Shown here one piece after another: positions 1 through 8,300 of a stretch of DNA of 42,903 nucleotides. The stretch is from a virus (lineage: Duplodnaviria > Caudoviricetes), in the IMG/VR virus record IMGVR_UViG_3300037631_002846, positions 1-42,903 of that record; one strand, written 5' to 3'. The first letter of the stretch is position 1. Each line of letters opens with the position of its first letter. The notes under the pieces were generated by a model. The model worked only from the letters and a program-made list of their open reading frames with translations. It was not told the origin of the DNA and did no database searches. A program made the translations under genes and the position numbers.

Positions 1-83
1 ATCTTATGTCAGAAAGGGGAGGGGAGTACGCTGACATATGTCCAAATTGCTTGGAAGATTACGCAGGAACCCTCCCAGATTAA
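1..83 (+). CDS. 3' end of a small CxxC-containing protein (partial)
   Basis: Frame 3 reads ...LMSERGGEYADICPNCLEDYAGTLPD, ending in TAA at 81-83, 18 nt before the primase ATG. The start may lie outside the window. Confidence 0.45.
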   Translation, partial: LMSERGGEYADICPNCLEDYAGTLPD

Positions 84-101
84 TTAATTAAACACATACC
101 T

Positions 102-1817
102 ATGGATATAGAGAACACAGAGATAAACGGATTCTTAATTGATGAGTTTAATAAGTATGGCTTAGAACAAGGTAAAACACAGGGGATTTGTCCCCTGTGT
201 TCTGCTGACAGAAAGCCTCAGAATAAGAAAGCAAAGTGTGCATCTTACGATTGGATGAGAGGTCTTGGAACCTGCCACAATTGCAACAGCACCTTTCAGC
301 TACATACATACAAAAGAAAGGGTGCATCACAAAAAGAATACATAAGGCCACAGGGTGAATCCTGTAAGGCAATGAAGGACACGAAGGTCATTGAATGGTT
401 TGAGTCAAGGTCTATATCTAAACAGACCCTTGTTGACCTAAAAGTTGGAGAGGGGAAAGAATATATGCCTCAGACTAGCAAGAACGAGAACACAATACAA
501 TTTAATTACTTCATGGGCGAACAGCTCATAAACGTAAAGTACCGTGATGGCAGAAAGAACTTCAAATTATACAAGGGTGCAGAGAAAGTATTCTACAATA
601 TAAATAGTGTTGTAGGTCATGACAACTGTGTCATTGTTGAGGGTGAGATGGATGTACTTGCCCTTCATGAGGCTGGTGTAACAAATGCTATCTCAGTACC
701 TAATGGTGCTACACTAAATACAAACAACTTAGACTATCTTGATAATTGTATTGATTACTTAGATGATAAGGATAAAATTATACTAGCGGTTGACTCTGAT
801 GAAGCAGGGCAAGCACTACAAGCAGAGCTTATACGTAGGTTAGGCTCTGAGGTTTGCTACATAGCTACATTTGATGACTGCAAGGACGCAAACGAATACC
901 TAATAAAGCATGGCAAAGAAAAACTTTCAGAAAAAATATCCAAGGCTACACCAGTACCTCTTGAGAACGTTGTTACGTTTAAGGATATTGAGGACGACAT
1001 TACAGATTTCGTTCGCAATGGTTTTAAGAAGGGATTTCAAGTTGGCCTTGAAAATTTTGACAACATATTTTCAACTTACACTGGTCAGTTTATCACTGTC
1101 ACTGGTATACCTTCTTCTGGGAAGTCGGACTTTGTGGATCAAATGTGTGTGGGATACAATAAAAAATATGGATGGAAGACTGCATTTGCTTCGCCTGAGA
1201 ATGCACCAACTTATTTGCACGCACATAAGTTAATGAGAAAAACTTGGGAGGGTATGCCGAACAAGGAAGACATTGGGTCAGATAAATGGGAAAATATAGC
1301 CGAGCACTGCAACACAAATTACTTTCACATAGACATGGAGAGGTACACTTTAGACGCAGTTCTTAAGAAAGGAGCTGAGTTGGTTAAGAGAAAGGGTATT
1401 AAGTGCCTTGTGATTGACCCATATAACAAGGTGAGAGACATTGGAGGTTCTGAAGACGTAAATCGTTACACAATGGAGTACCTCAGCAAGATAGAAATAT
1501 TTGCAAAGAAGTACGATGTCCTTGTGTTTGTTGTTGCGCACCCTACTAAAATGTACAAGGGTAGCGATGGTAAGACAGAAGAACCTACAATGTATAACAT
1601 TAAAGGTGGTGGTGAATGGTACGATGCGAGTTACCATGGATTGTTAGTTCATAGGGATTATGAAGCCAAGACGGTAAAGGTAAAGGTCCTTAAGGTTAAG
1701 TTCCAGAACCTTGGAGAGAATGGAGCTGAGGCTCACTTCACGTGGGAGCCTAAGTCGGGATGCTACATACCTCATGTTACAGATAGTGCAGAGGGTGATC
1801 CAATGCCATGGGAATAA
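102..1817 (+). CDS. Bifunctional DNA primase-helicase (T7 gp4/Twinkle-like)
   Basis: N-terminal Zn finger CPLC...CHNC; TOPRIM motifs IVEGEMD and DSDEAG...CKDANE; SF4 helicase Walker A TGIPSSGKS, Walker B LVIDP and VAHP motif. Confidence 0.95.
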   Translation: MDIENTEINGFLIDEFNKYGLEQGKTQGICPLCSADRKPQNKKAKCASYDWMRGLGTCHNCNSTFQLHTYKRKGASQKEYIRPQGESCKAMKDTKVIEWFESRSISKQTLVDLKVGEGKEYMPQTSKNENTIQFNYFMGEQLINVKYRDGRKNFKLYKGAEKVFYNINSVVGHDNCVIVEGEMDVLALHEAGVTNAISVPNGATLNTNNLDYLDNCIDYLDDKDKIILAVDSDEAGQALQAELIRRLGSEVCYIATFDDCKDANEYLIKHGKEKLSEKISKATPVPLENVVTFKDIEDDITDFVRNGFKKGFQVGLENFDNIFSTYTGQFITVTGIPSSGKSDFVDQMCVGYNKKYGWKTAFASPENAPTYLHAHKLMRKTWEGMPNKEDIGSDKWENIAEHCNTNYFHIDMERYTLDAVLKKGAELVKRKGIKCLVIDPYNKVRDIGGSEDVNRYTMEYLSKIEIFAKKYDVLVFVVAHPTKMYKGSDGKTEEPTMYNIKGGGEWYDASYHGLLVHRDYEAKTVKVKVLKVKFQNLGENGAEAHFTWEPKSGCYIPHVTDSAEGDPMPWE

Positions 1818-1829
1818 TAAATATTAATA

Positions 1830-2081
1830 ATGCCTAATATAAAAAAGAAAGGTCCCTGGGACATGGGTAATTACTTTGTGACACCCTCTGATCACATAGC
1901 TTCAGCGTGGTGTTTAAACAATAGCATCAAGGTTTATCCTTTAGCAAAAGATATTGGCGAGTGGTGGATTGAGATAGACCTTAATGGAAAGATACACAGG
2001 TCCCCATACGTGTACACCAAGGTTATGGTGTGGGAAAAACTACACGAGTATTATAGGTATTATTATAATAAATATAAATAA
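1830..2081 (+). CDS. Hypothetical phage protein (83 aa, aromatic-rich)
   Basis: ATG-initiated, co-oriented, 12 nt after the primase stop; no motif recognised. Confidence 0.75.
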   Translation: MPNIKKKGPWDMGNYFVTPSDHIASAWCLNNSIKVYPLAKDIGEWWIEIDLNGKIHRSPYVYTKVMVWEKLHEYYRYYYNKYK

Positions 2082-2087
2082 ATTAAA

Positions 2088-2119
2088 TTGTCACAAAAAA
2101 AAGATTATATTTGTGACAA
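2088..2119 (+). promoter_or_regulatory. Inverted repeat overlapping a Bacteroidota-type -7 promoter box
   Basis: TTGTCACAAA (2088-2097) and TTTGTGACAA (2110-2119) form a perfect 10-bp IR. TATATTTG (2106-2113) matches TAnnTTTG. No properly spaced -33 TTTG was seen. Confidence 0.5.
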
Positions 2120-2145
2120 ATCCAATAAACAAAACCATTTAAAGA

Positions 2146-2499
2146 ATGAGAGACTGGAAGGATCAATTAGATTTAGACAAGGTAGAGCTAAAGCCCCCGT
2201 TTGTAGAAGGAGAGGTTAGAAAGAATATACCGGTATACAGAGGAGTTTTACAGTATTTCCCTGATGCAATTAAAGAGGTATCTAAAACTTCTTATGCTGC
2301 AACTAAACAGCACCATCCTGATAAGGAAATGTTTTGGGATAGAGACAAAAGTAACGACCACTACGATGCTATGGTTAGGCACTTGCTTGACCACGAAGAC
2401 GAAGCTATTGATGACGATGGTCAACTGCACTTAGCAAAGGTTGCCTGGAGGGCATTGGCAGGGCTGCAAACATATTTAGAAACAATTAAAATTAAATAA
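2146..2499 (+). CDS. DUF5664-like dATP/dGTP diphosphohydrolase N-terminal domain protein
   Basis: Pattern FPDAIKEVSK...HYDAMVRHL...DDDGQLHLAKVAWRALA is typical of this all-helical phage family. Confidence 0.7.
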   Translation: MRDWKDQLDLDKVELKPPFVEGEVRKNIPVYRGVLQYFPDAIKEVSKTSYAATKQHHPDKEMFWDRDKSNDHYDAMVRHLLDHEDEAIDDDGQLHLAKVAWRALAGLQTYLETIKIK

Positions 2500-2500
2500 T

Positions 2501-3343
2501 ATGAGTAAATGGAGTTATTTAGATGACCAAATATTTGGTCTATATAAGATTCATAATAATATATCTTATACAGAGGCAGCAAGAAAGCTAATTGGAAGCA
2601 CCTCCGTAATACAGGTCAACTTGCTTAGAACATACATAGAGAGGTTGATGGCAAAGACAAAGGGTGATACCCACCTTAGTGACAACGAAAGAGACAATAG
2701 AGTCCTTGTTATAGGTGACCTACACGAGCCTTTTTGTTTGGACGAATACTTTGATCATTGCAAACAAGTTTACAATAAGTACGAGTGCAACAAGGTTGTA
2801 TTTATTGGTGACGTAATTGACAATTGCTACTCATCATTTCATGATGCGGACCCAGATGGAATGGGTGGGGGAGATGAGTTGGATTTAGCCATAAGCAGGC
2901 TTGCACGTTGGGTTAATGCTTTTCCTAAGGCTTACGTTACAATAGGTAACCACGACAGAATCATTAGTCGTAAGGCGTTTAGTGGTGGAGTACCAAAGAA
3001 GTGGGTTAAGACCTATAACGAGGTTCTTGAGGCTCCCGAATGGAACTTTGTTGAGTCTGTTATAATAGACGATGTTATGTACATACATGGTGAGGGTGGT
3101 ACTGCTAGAACTAGAATGAAGAAGGAGCTTCACTCAATGGTTCAGGGTCACTTACACACGCAAGGATACATAGAGTACTCTGTTGGACAGAAGCACAAGA
3201 TATTTGGTATGCAGGTTGGGTGTGGTATAGACAAGGACTCATACGCTATGGCATATGGAAAGAACTTTCAGAAACCATTTATCTCCTGTTCTGTGGTACT
3301 AAACAATGGAGAGCTTCCGATACTTGAACCAATGAAACTTTAA
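2501..3343 (+). CDS. Calcineurin-like metallophosphoesterase
   Basis: All five motifs are present: GDLH, GDVID, GNHD, HGE, GHLH. Confidence 0.9.
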   Translation: MSKWSYLDDQIFGLYKIHNNISYTEAARKLIGSTSVIQVNLLRTYIERLMAKTKGDTHLSDNERDNRVLVIGDLHEPFCLDEYFDHCKQVYNKYECNKVVFIGDVIDNCYSSFHDADPDGMGGGDELDLAISRLARWVNAFPKAYVTIGNHDRIISRKAFSGGVPKKWVKTYNEVLEAPEWNFVESVIIDDVMYIHGEGGTARTRMKKELHSMVQGHLHTQGYIEYSVGQKHKIFGMQVGCGIDKDSYAMAYGKNFQKPFISCSVVLNNGELPILEPMKL

Positions 3344-3347
3344 GTCA

Positions 3348-3545
3348 ATGAAAAAAGAAGAAGAAAACATAATAGAAGTAAAGCACAACTATGCTTCATA
3401 TGGTAGGCTAGAGTCTATTGAGTACACGCTTAACGGTGAGTTAGTTAATAGTTTTTACACGCTAGACAGCTTGTTGTATACTCTTGAAGAGGAGCTTGGG
3501 TTTGAAAATATAGTTGTAAAAAAACATGGAAAGTTATGTATATAA
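3348..3545 (+). CDS. Hypothetical protein (65 aa)
   Basis: ATG 4 nt after the upstream stop; no motif recognised. Confidence 0.65.
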   Translation: MKKEEENIIEVKHNYASYGRLESIEYTLNGELVNSFYTLDSLLYTLEEELGFENIVVKKHGKLCI

Positions 3546-3586
3546 TAATAATAGCAAGTAATTATACTAGAACCCCCTAATGTAAA

Positions 3587-4036
3587 ATGAAGAGAAAGCT
3601 TAAAAGAAAAAAAGGTCCTGTGCAGGCTAAAAAAGTTGAGTACAACGGTGTAAAGTTTGCGTCCGGCCTTGAGAAGTATATGTACATAGCGCTCAAAAAA
3701 GCCAAGATAAAATTTGAGTACGAGCTCAGAAGTTTTGAACTCCTTCCATCATTTCAGTTTAACCAAGAGGCCTACGAAAGACAAGCTAACGGAAAGGGAG
3801 AGTACAGAGACCGAGGCAATAAAAAGATACTTGGCATAAAGTACACTCCAGACTTTGAGGGAGAAGACTTCATTATAGAGACTAAGGGTAGAGCTAACGA
3901 CTCTTTTCCCCTTAGGTATAAATTATTTAAGGCACTGCTATCAATTACGGAGCCTAGTATTACATTATATAAACCACAAAATCAGAAAGAATGCGATCAG
4001 ACAATAGAATTGATATTAGATTCCAGAAAGAAGTAG
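3587..4036 (+). CDS. T7 endonuclease I-like PD-(D/E)xK nuclease (Holliday junction resolvase)
   Basis: FASGLE ... YTPDF ... IIETKG signature, as in T7 gp3. Confidence 0.8.
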   Translation: MKRKLKRKKGPVQAKKVEYNGVKFASGLEKYMYIALKKAKIKFEYELRSFELLPSFQFNQEAYERQANGKGEYRDRGNKKILGIKYTPDFEGEDFIIETKGRANDSFPLRYKLFKALLSITEPSITLYKPQNQKECDQTIELILDSRKK

Positions 4037-4176
4037 CCCGCAGAAAATATGCTGAAAGGCAGTTTGATAAGTGGGTTAAATGGAGCATAACCCATAGAGG
4101 AAAGGTTCTTTTTAAAGACATAATTAAAAAACAAATAGAGTATAACATTATAAGTTATGACAGAACAAGACATTAA
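3991..4176 (+). CDS. Hypothetical protein (61 aa, basic)
   Basis: Fills the gap between flanking genes, with short overlaps on both sides. Confidence 0.6.
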   Translation: MRSDNRIDIRFQKEVARRKYAERQFDKWVKWSITHRGKVLFKDIIKKQIEYNIISYDRTRH

Positions 4177-4426
4177 GGGTTTAGGATTTAACATACAACA
4201 AGAAACTGTTGAGTCTTCAGGGGCGGATAAAGATTGGTATTATTACACAATGGATATTGGTGATATTTGTTTAATTACAAATGAAAATGAAATAGCAGTA
4301 AAATATGGTTGGGAAGTTAGTATATTTGATTTTCCATCCTTTGTTATTAAAGGATTAAGTGACTTAGAGTGTTTAATTAAAATTATAAGAAATAATTCAA
4401 AACCAAATAAAATAGTAAAAACATGA
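4157..4426 (+). CDS. Hypothetical protein (89 aa)
   Basis: Co-oriented ORF, visibly more AT-rich than its neighbours. Confidence 0.7.
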   Translation: MTEQDIKGLGFNIQQETVESSGADKDWYYYTMDIGDICLITNENEIAVKYGWEVSIFDFPSFVIKGLSDLECLIKIIRNNSKPNKIVKT

Positions 4427-4569
4427 AAGGAGAAAAAAAATTATGGTGGGTAGAGTTAGGAATTTATCCCGGGATACTGTTGGGGTTTAGATCCTACGAC
4501 CAAGATAGCTATGTGATTCACGTGCTTTATTTCCCATTTTTAGAATTATCATTATCAATTTATAAATAA
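4423..4569 (+). CDS. Small hydrophobic protein, 48 aa (below ORF-track cutoff)
   Basis: ATGA overlap with the upstream stop; translates MKGEKKLWWVELGIYPGILLGFRSYDQDSYVIHVLYFPFLELSLSIYK and fills the gap exactly. Confidence 0.7.
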   Translation: MKGEKKLWWVELGIYPGILLGFRSYDQDSYVIHVLYFPFLELSLSIYK

Positions 4570-4573
4570 AGAA

Positions 4574-4789
4574 ATGAAAGGACAAAAACAAAGCAGGGTA
4601 GACCTAGTAGAAAAAAAGATTAAGGCTTTAACAAACGTTATGCAGGGCATAATGAATGATATGTCTCAAATGAAAGACCTATCTATAGGTACATTGGAAA
4701 CAATTAAGCTAATGCCTGACTACGATGAGGCCCTTGAAAAATTAAAAGAAAACCTAAAAAAAGAAAAAGAAGATGACACTAGCGATTAA
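4574..4789 (+). CDS. Hypothetical coiled-coil protein (71 aa)
   Basis: Heptad-like helical sequence in an operon position. Confidence 0.75.
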   Translation: MKGQKQSRVDLVEKKIKALTNVMQGIMNDMSQMKDLSIGTLETIKLMPDYDEALEKLKENLKKEKEDDTSD

Positions 4790-4931
4790 TATACTTATAG
4801 CCCTATCTATTGTTTCAATTATCGCAACAGCAGGATTAGCCTTTACTTTCTTTATGCTTATAAAAGATATTAAGGGGAACAAAGATCAATTAATTTCAGA
4901 ACAATTAAAAGAAATATTAAACAGACTATAA
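4773..4931 (+). CDS. Small single-pass membrane protein, 52 aa (below ORF-track cutoff)
   Basis: MTLAINILIALSIVSIIATAGLAFTFFMLIKDIKGNKDQLISEQLKEILNRL; ends 2 nt before the RNR ATG. Confidence 0.7.
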   Translation: MTLAINILIALSIVSIIATAGLAFTFFMLIKDIKGNKDQLISEQLKEILNRL

Positions 4932-4933
4932 CA

Positions 4934-6796
4934 ATGGAGATATCAAACAAAATTTTAAGTGAGATAACGGTGTACATGAAGTACGCCAAGTACATACCAG
5001 AACTAAACAGAAGAGAGAGCTGGGACGAACTTGTAACTCGTAACAAACTAATGCACATTAAAAAATACCCACAACTAAATGATGAAATTGAAGAGGTTTA
5101 TAAATTTGTTTACAACAAAAAGGTTTTACCGTCAATGCGGTCTTTACAATTTGGTGGAAAGTCTATTTCTATCTCACCCAATCGTGTCTACAACTGTGCT
5201 TATTTGCCTATTGACTCTATTGATTCTTTTAATGAAACTATGTTTCTTTTACTTGGGGGAACTGGTGTTGGATACTCTGTTCAAAGACATCACATAGAAA
5301 GTCTACCTGCTGTTAATCATCCGTACAAGAAGAGGGTTAAGAGATTTTTAATTGGTGACTCCATTGAGGGGTGGGCTGATGCTATTAAGGTTTTAATGAA
5401 GTCTTACATGGGAGAGAACAGAAGCTCTAAGATTGACTTTGATTACTCAGACATTAGACCAAAGGGTGCACAACTCGTTACCTCTGGCGGTAAGGCTCCA
5501 GGTCCTCAGCCACTTAAGGAGTGTATCGTAAAGATAAAGGGATTGCTTGACTCCAAAGAGGATGGCGACAAGCTTACTACACTTGAGGCTCACGATGTTA
5601 TTTGCTACATTGCTGATGCTGTATTGGCTGGTGGTATTAGACGTGCTGCACTTATTAGTCTGTTCTCTGCTGACGATAACGATATGATCTCTTGCAAGGC
5701 TGGTTCTTGGTGGGAAGAAAACCCACAGAGAGGTAGGGCTAATAACTCTGCCGTACTTATGAGACATAAGATTAGTAAGGGTTTCTTTATGGACTTGTGG
5801 AAGAGGGTTGAGCTATCTGGAGCAGGAGAACCTGGAATATACCTTAACAACGATAAGGACTGGGGAACTAACCCTTGCTGTGAGATTGCTCTAAGACCAT
5901 TTCAGTTCTGTAACTTGTGTGAGGTTAACGCAAGTGACCTAGAGTCTCAGGAAGACTACGAGGATAGAGTTAAGGCTGCCGCTTTTATTGGTACACTACA
6001 AGCAGGTTACACCGACTTCCATTACCTAAGAAGTGTTTGGAGGGAGACAACTGAGAAGGATGCATTGATTGGTGTGTCTATGACAGGCATAGGGTCAGGT
6101 GCTGTATCTAAGTTAGATATGACTAAGGCTGCTGAGGTTGTTAAGAAGGAGAACTCAAGGGTTGCTAAGGCTATTGGTATTAACGCTGCCGCTAGGTGTA
6201 CAACTGTTAAGCCTGCTGGAACAACATCATTAGCACTAGGGACGTCTTCAGGTATACACGCTTGGCATAACGACTACTACATCAGAAGGATTCGTGTTGG
6301 TAAGAATGAGTCTATGTACAACTACCTGATTAACAACCACCCTGAGCTTGTTAAGGATGAGTACTTCAGACCTCACGACACTGCTGTTATTGAGATACCA
6401 CAGAAGTCTCCAAAGGGTGCAATACTTAGAACTGAATCTCCGTTTGACTTACTTGAGAGAATTAAGAAGGTTGCTATGGAGTGGGTTGTACCTGGACACA
6501 GAAGAGGCTCTAACACGCACAATGTTTCTGCTACGGTATCTTTGAAGGAAGATGAGTGGGATAAGGCAGGAGAATGGATGTGGGACAACAGAGAACACTA
6601 CAATGGTCTATCTGTATTGCCATACGATGGAGGAAGTTACACCCAAGCACCCTTTGAGGATATAGATGAAGCTAAGTATAACGAGATGATGAAGGCCTTG
6701 AAGGATGTAGACCTATCTAACATCTTAGAGGTTGATGACAATACAAACCTATCTGGAGAGCTTGCTTGTGCAGGAGGCTCTTGTGAAATAAAATAA
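4934..6796 (+). CDS. nrdJ: Class II (adenosylcobalamin-dependent) ribonucleotide reductase, monomeric RTPR type
   Basis: YNCAY, GGTGVG, RRAALI, catalytic TNPCCEI, FCNLCE, VKPAGT and C-terminal redox pair CAGGSC; no beta-subunit gene adjacent. Confidence 0.9.
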   Translation: MEISNKILSEITVYMKYAKYIPELNRRESWDELVTRNKLMHIKKYPQLNDEIEEVYKFVYNKKVLPSMRSLQFGGKSISISPNRVYNCAYLPIDSIDSFNETMFLLLGGTGVGYSVQRHHIESLPAVNHPYKKRVKRFLIGDSIEGWADAIKVLMKSYMGENRSSKIDFDYSDIRPKGAQLVTSGGKAPGPQPLKECIVKIKGLLDSKEDGDKLTTLEAHDVICYIADAVLAGGIRRAALISLFSADDNDMISCKAGSWWEENPQRGRANNSAVLMRHKISKGFFMDLWKRVELSGAGEPGIYLNNDKDWGTNPCCEIALRPFQFCNLCEVNASDLESQEDYEDRVKAAAFIGTLQAGYTDFHYLRSVWRETTEKDALIGVSMTGIGSGAVSKLDMTKAAEVVKKENSRVAKAIGINAAARCTTVKPAGTTSLALGTSSGIHAWHNDYYIRRIRVGKNESMYNYLINNHPELVKDEYFRPHDTAVIEIPQKSPKGAILRTESPFDLLERIKKVAMEWVVPGHRRGSNTHNVSATVSLKEDEWDKAGEWMWDNREHYNGLSVLPYDGGSYTQAPFEDIDEAKYNEMMKALKDVDLSNILEVDDNTNLSGELACAGGSCEIK

Positions 6797-6803
6797 AATA
6801 GAA

Positions 6804-7043
6804 ATGAAAGCAATATTAGAATTTGACCTAAACGACTTTGAGAACGATGATCCCTCAAACTTTGAGGATGCCGTAAACGGTACTAAATGGAAGCTGGCAA
6901 TGTGGAGTCTTGACCAATGGTTGCGAGCTCAGTGCAAATACATGCCAGACAATGAATACAGCAAAGAAGCTTACGAGGCCTATGAAAAATCTCGTGAACA
7001 GTTATATCAGATCTTAAACGAATCCGGCTTAAAATTAGACTAA
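6804..7043 (+). CDS. Hypothetical phage protein (79 aa)
   Basis: Last gene of the + strand arm; no function recognised. Confidence 0.75.
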   Translation: MKAILEFDLNDFENDDPSNFEDAVNGTKWKLAMWSLDQWLRAQCKYMPDNEYSKEAYEAYEKSREQLYQILNESGLKLD

Positions 7044-7069
7044 TGAATAAGGCTAGATCGTAGTAATAA

Positions 7070-7101
7070 TTTGAGTATATTGCCTAAAATAAGTATCTTT
7101 C
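7070..7101 (+). promoter_or_regulatory. Putative Bacteroidota housekeeping-sigma promoter
   Basis: TTTG (7070-7073), a 20-nt spacer, then TATCTTTC (7094-7101): one mismatch to TTTG-N19-21-TAnnTTTG. Confidence 0.4.
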
Positions 7102-7171
7102 TCTAAATTTTACTATAATTGACCGTAGCGGAGTACATCCACTAAAAATTAATGCTATACGATTAACAACT

Positions 7172-7206
7172 AAAAAACGCCAGTAAAATTAATTACTGGC
7201 GTTTTT
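7172..7206. terminator. Bidirectional intrinsic terminator between the convergent gene arms
   Basis: AAAAAA-CGCCAGTAA-aattaa-TTACTGGCG-TTTTT; perfect stem with A/T tracts on both sides. Confidence 0.9.
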
Positions 7207-7235
7207 GATTATAGGTAGCTTTAGGTATGGTACGC

Positions 7236-7490
7236 CTATTTCTTTTTGCTCCCTTTCTTTATCTTCCCCACGTTCTTTGAGGAAGTTTTCTTTCTCTTAA
7301 AGCTTTCTTTTTCAGCCTTAGTTAGTTCACTAGCCGTAGTCGGTGTATCTTTAGATATTCTTTTGCTTGGTCTGCAAGCAGGGTATCCCTTTCTTTTCTC
7401 CCCTGTAGATCTACCACAAGGCTTCCCGGTTCTTATGTCAACCCACTTTTCTTTGAACCATCTATTTAAGTCTCCTTTAGTCTTTGCCAT
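7236..7490 (-). CDS. Small basic Cys-containing protein (DUF5872-like, C-terminal half)
   Basis: L.RWFKEKWVD...CGR...YPACRPSKRIS..TP.T..E pattern; TAATG overlap with the upstream gene. Confidence 0.75.
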   Translation of the reverse strand: MAKTKGDLNRWFKEKWVDIRTGKPCGRSTGEKRKGYPACRPSKRISKDTPTTASELTKAEKESFKRKKTSSKNVGKIKKGSKKK

Positions 7491-7759
7491 TACTTTTTCT
7501 TTTTAGAACCACCAAAATTACTTGGGCCTCCAGCCTTTGTGCACTGAACTCCCCATCCAGATGCATACGCACTTGGCCACACCTTAAACTTACTCTTAGC
7601 GGCTCTTTTACACGCAGCTGATATAGCGTTTATGCCGTTACCCTTAAACCTCTTAGAGCTCATTTTAGGGCCTCCTCGTAGTGCCTTAAAGTCTGACGCC
7701 TCAATAATACCGTCATTGTCTACATCTAATTTCTTTTGCTTTTCAGTTAGTTGTTTCAT
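7490..7759 (-). CDS. Small basic protein with an EF-hand-like loop and WPSAYASG motif
   Basis: DVDNDGIIEASD loop (DxDxDG); ACKRAAKSKFKVWPSAYASGWGVQC..GG. Confidence 0.75.
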   Translation of the reverse strand: MKQLTEKQKKLDVDNDGIIEASDFKALRGGPKMSSKRFKGNGINAISAACKRAAKSKFKVWPSAYASGWGVQCTKAGGPSNFGGSKKKK

Positions 7760-7761
7760 AG

Positions 7762-8298
7762 CTACTTTTTGTTTTTATTGTACGTGTTATCTCCTTTCTT
7801 TTTGTACCTTCCGTCTGGAAGTACGCTTTTTAGTTTAGAGTTATCTATTACCTCCACCTTTTTCTTTGATGGTCTGTCCATAGCTCCAACAATTGACCCT
7901 GCAAAGTTATTTGTTAAGTCCTCAGCAGTCTCCACTATAGTGTCATAAATTGGCTTACCTTTTTTTATGCTTGCGTATCCTGCCTTAGCTTCGTGTGCAG
8001 CACCTAAAATATTTGACAACCCAACACTAACTAATTTATTTACAGTGGAATTTGAGAATGGAATTATATCAAGTTTATTTCTTATACCCTCTGTAGTGTA
8101 CTGAGCTGTAGTCATATGCCTAGCTCTATCCCTTCCTTTGTCAAACTTCCCCCCCTCATCTGAACTATACCTAGATTCTATCTCAGCGACAGCTCTCTTT
8201 GGGTTACCTAAGAAGTCGTTAACTTTTGATTCTAAAGTTTTAGGTTTTTTATCGTCACCTCCACCTAGCTGTGGAAGTCCATTCATTTTGTATGTCAT
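7762..8298 (-). CDS. DUF6973-like protein (possible helical metal-binding or toxin-like domain)
   Basis: DRARH ... GAAHE ... EDLTNNFAG motif series. Confidence 0.55.
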   Translation of the reverse strand: MTYKMNGLPQLGGGDDKKPKTLESKVNDFLGNPKRAVAEIESRYSSDEGGKFDKGRDRARHMTTAQYTTEGIRNKLDIIPFSNSTVNKLVSVGLSNILGAAHEAKAGYASIKKGKPIYDTIVETAEDLTNNFAGSIVGAMDRPSKKKVEVIDNSKLKSVLPDGRYKKKGDNTYNKNKK

Positions 8299-8300
8299 AA

